The notes under the pieces were generated by a model. It made no database searches. It saw only the letters and a list, made by a program, of their open reading frames with translations, and was not told where the DNA came from. Both the position numbers and the translations under genes were made by a program. DNA of 64,000 nt from an uncultured virus (IMG/VR IMGVR_UViG_3300035208_000814) (Duplodnaviria > Heunggongvirae > Uroviricota > Caudoviricetes), in the IMG/VR virus record IMGVR_UViG_3300035208_000814. One strand, 5' to 3'. Shown here one piece after another: positions 61,893 to 64,000 of this stretch; within the stretch, counting starts at the first letter, position 1; the number at the start of each line of letters is the position of its first letter.

Positions 61893-63221
61893 ATGACTAA
61901 TCTATTTGATCTAATATACATGGCTGATGCCTACAAGTACACTCATTACAAACAGTATCCACCGGGAATACAAAATGTCTATAGTTACTATGAATCTAGG
62001 GGAGGACGTTGGCCTAACACTGTATTCTTTGGATTACAATACTTCCTAAAGCGATACCTAGTTGGGCAAGTTATAACTCAACAGATGATTGATGAAGCAG
62101 AGCCTAGTATCAATGCTGTATTTGGACATCAATACTTCAGCAGAGAAGGTTGGGAGTATATTATTGACACGTACAAGGGACGATTACCAGTTACAATTAG
62201 GGCAGTTGAAGAGGGTTCTATCAATCCAACTAGAACAGTCCTAATGAACATAGTTAATAATGACACTGAATGTTATTGGTTAACCAATTACCTTGAAACA
62301 CTATTGAGCAATCTATGGTATCCATGCACTGTAGCAACTGAATCCTATCAAATCAAAAAGTTATTACAAACCTACTATACTAAAGCAAACCAACAGATGA
62401 ATGGTATAGAGTTAAATGACTTTGGTATGCGGGGATGTAGTTGTCCAGAGCAAGCAGCCATTGGTGGTATGGCACACCTCACATCCTTCATAGGAACAGA
62501 TAACATATTGGGTATTCAAGCCGCTAAAAAGTATTACAATGCAACTCAACCCATAGGTGTTAGTGTGGCAGCAGCCGAACATAGCACGATAACAGCATGG
62601 AGTAGAGAGCGAGAGGCAGATGCATACCTAAACATGATAAGAGTCTATCCAGATGATGCTATACTCTCTCTAGTGTGTGATAGTTATGACACAGAGAATG
62701 CATTAGAGAACATCTTTGGATGGGAACTATACGAGTGGATAATGCATCACAGTGGCAAAGTAGTTATGCGCCCTGACAGTGGTGATCCATGTGCAATGTC
62801 CATGTTAACCCTAGAGAAACTTCATAATCTATTCGGTGCAGAGAAGAACAAAGCCGGATACAATGTGTTAAATCCTCATGTTGGAGTTATCTATGGAGAT
62901 TCCATTGATTATGAAACCATTAAGAAAATAATGGACAATGTAGTATTAGCGGCGAAGTATGCACCGTCTAACATTATCTTTGGTAGTGGTGGAGGACTCC
63001 TTCAAAAGTTAAACAGAGACACAAATCAATACGCATTTAAATGCAGTGCAGTTAGAGTGTATGATAAGTGGGAAGATGTTTGTAAAACCCCAATTACTGA
63101 TCCCAATAAGAGAAGTAAAGCCGGGAGAGTTGGAGAGGACTTACCAATAGTCTTTGACAGTGGTAAACTATTACGTGAAACAACATTCGATGAGATTAGA
63201 AAGAAGTTGGAAGTGACATAG
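61893..63221 (+). CDS. nadV: nicotinamide phosphoribosyltransferase (NAMPT)
   Basis: DAYKYTHYKQYP, FFGLQY, WYPCTVAT, NDFGMRG, AAEHS, CDSYD, RPDSGDP, FGSGGGLLQ, RDT...AFKCS. Confidence 0.95.
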   Translation: MTNLFDLIYMADAYKYTHYKQYPPGIQNVYSYYESRGGRWPNTVFFGLQYFLKRYLVGQVITQQMIDEAEPSINAVFGHQYFSREGWEYIIDTYKGRLPVTIRAVEEGSINPTRTVLMNIVNNDTECYWLTNYLETLLSNLWYPCTVATESYQIKKLLQTYYTKANQQMNGIELNDFGMRGCSCPEQAAIGGMAHLTSFIGTDNILGIQAAKKYYNATQPIGVSVAAAEHSTITAWSREREADAYLNMIRVYPDDAILSLVCDSYDTENALENIFGWELYEWIMHHSGKVVMRPDSGDPCAMSMLTLEKLHNLFGAEKNKAGYNVLNPHVGVIYGDSIDYETIKKIMDNVVLAAKYAPSNIIFGSGGGLLQKLNRDTNQYAFKCSAVRVYDKWEDVCKTPITDPNKRSKAGRVGEDLPIVFDSGKLLRETTFDEIRKKLEVT

Positions 63222-63396
63222 ATGAAACGATGGGTGACTATTAGAAACAAATGTGAGTATGCCGACATTATAACAGGTGTATGCAGAGTTAAGAAATCTA
63301 ATGTACATTGCAGCCCGGAGAGGATTGCAGAGTTAAATTGTGAGAGTAGAATTGCTCGCATGGAATATCTAAATGAAGAAGTAACAGAGGGATAAT

Positions 63397-63831
63397 ATGA
63401 ACTTAAAGAACATGATTATGGGCAAGTCAGCAATGATTTGTGAAACGAAGGCCGAAGTTGGAACAGAGACATTTAAGTATGATGTATATGGAGTATACAA
63501 CGTAACTAATCCAACAGCAGTTGTAAAGCAGAAGACCTATGATATAGGGATTGAAGGGTATGCAGACAAAATCGTAGTGAAGATCCTTGAACACAGTAAG
63601 TTGGGTGTACATTATGAAGTTAAACGTCAGGAGTTTGCCGGATTCAATAGTGATGATGTCAAGAAATTCTACGATGGTTTCATTGAGAGTAAGCGTAATG
63701 AATACTCCGAAATTACCAAGACATCAAAGGCCGAATATGAGAAGGCCACAATGGAGAAGAATGCAGTTAAAGTTTACGAACAGAATTTAGTGGCATTAAT
63801 AGCACAGATCCAGAAAGGAAAGTTAAACTAA
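63397..63831 (+). CDS. hypothetical protein, paralogue of 57657-58094
   Basis: Shared FxxFNxDDxKxFYD motif. Confidence 0.65.
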   Translation: MNLKNMIMGKSAMICETKAEVGTETFKYDVYGVYNVTNPTAVVKQKTYDIGIEGYADKIVVKILEHSKLGVHYEVKRQEFAGFNSDDVKKFYDGFIESKRNEYSEITKTSKAEYEKATMEKNAVKVYEQNLVALIAQIQKGKLN

Positions 63832-63850
63832 TTAATACGGAGAGATTAAA

Positions 63851-64000
63851 ATGAAGATTGGTAACATGGAATTAAGTGGCATTACTAAGGTAATGTTCTA
63901 CCGGAAGAATCTTTTTGAACGAATGCCCACTGGAAAGGGTGGTTTCTACTGGTTTGATGCCAAGAGATGTAAATTCATTAGCGACAGGGACATTGTAGAG
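63851..64000 (+). CDS. start of a hypothetical ORF running off the window
   Basis: GGAGAG RBS, ATG at 63851, open to the window end. Confidence 0.55.
   Translation, partial: MKIGNMELSGITKVMFYRKNLFERMPTGKGGFYWFDAKRCKFISDRDIVE

Overview
This window is about 64 kb of an AT-rich, head-tail (siphovirus-like, Caudoviricetes) archaeal virus genome. The host is probably a methanogen of class Methanomicrobia, most like Methanomicrobiales. Host evidence: BRE/TATA promoters, GGTGA/GGAG ribosome-binding sites, CCA-less tRNAs, a tRNA-Tyr with C1:G72 and a short variable loop, an XPF/ERCC4 nuclease, an MCM-like ATPase, and a methanogen-type small NrdD-domain/glutaredoxin pair. Layout: 1-9.5 kb (+) nucleotide metabolism and replication genes. 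9.5-41.6 kb (-) complete virion module: terS, terL, portal, protease/scaffold, cement, MCP, head-tail joining, tail tube, frameshifted chaperone, tape measure, hub, fibres. 41.6-43.5 kb divergent control region. 43.5-64 kb (+) early/accessory genes: ArdC, Dam-type MTase, RNA ligase, nucleotidyltransferase, 13 canonical tRNAs, NAMPT. The best candidate for an undescribed system is a set of remodelled tRNA-like RNAs interleaved with the normal tRNAs, next to RNA-repair enzymes: two bodies with greatly enlarged anticodon arms, one body with no anticodon arm, and an armless acceptor+anticodon mini-hairpin. Also notable: a duplicated, promoter-bearing structured RNA element (9.1 and 37.2 kb), a TTT-CGC +1 frameshift, candidate S-layer proteases, and apparent AGCT/CCWGG avoidance. 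All calls come from motif recognition and manual folding; no searches were run.
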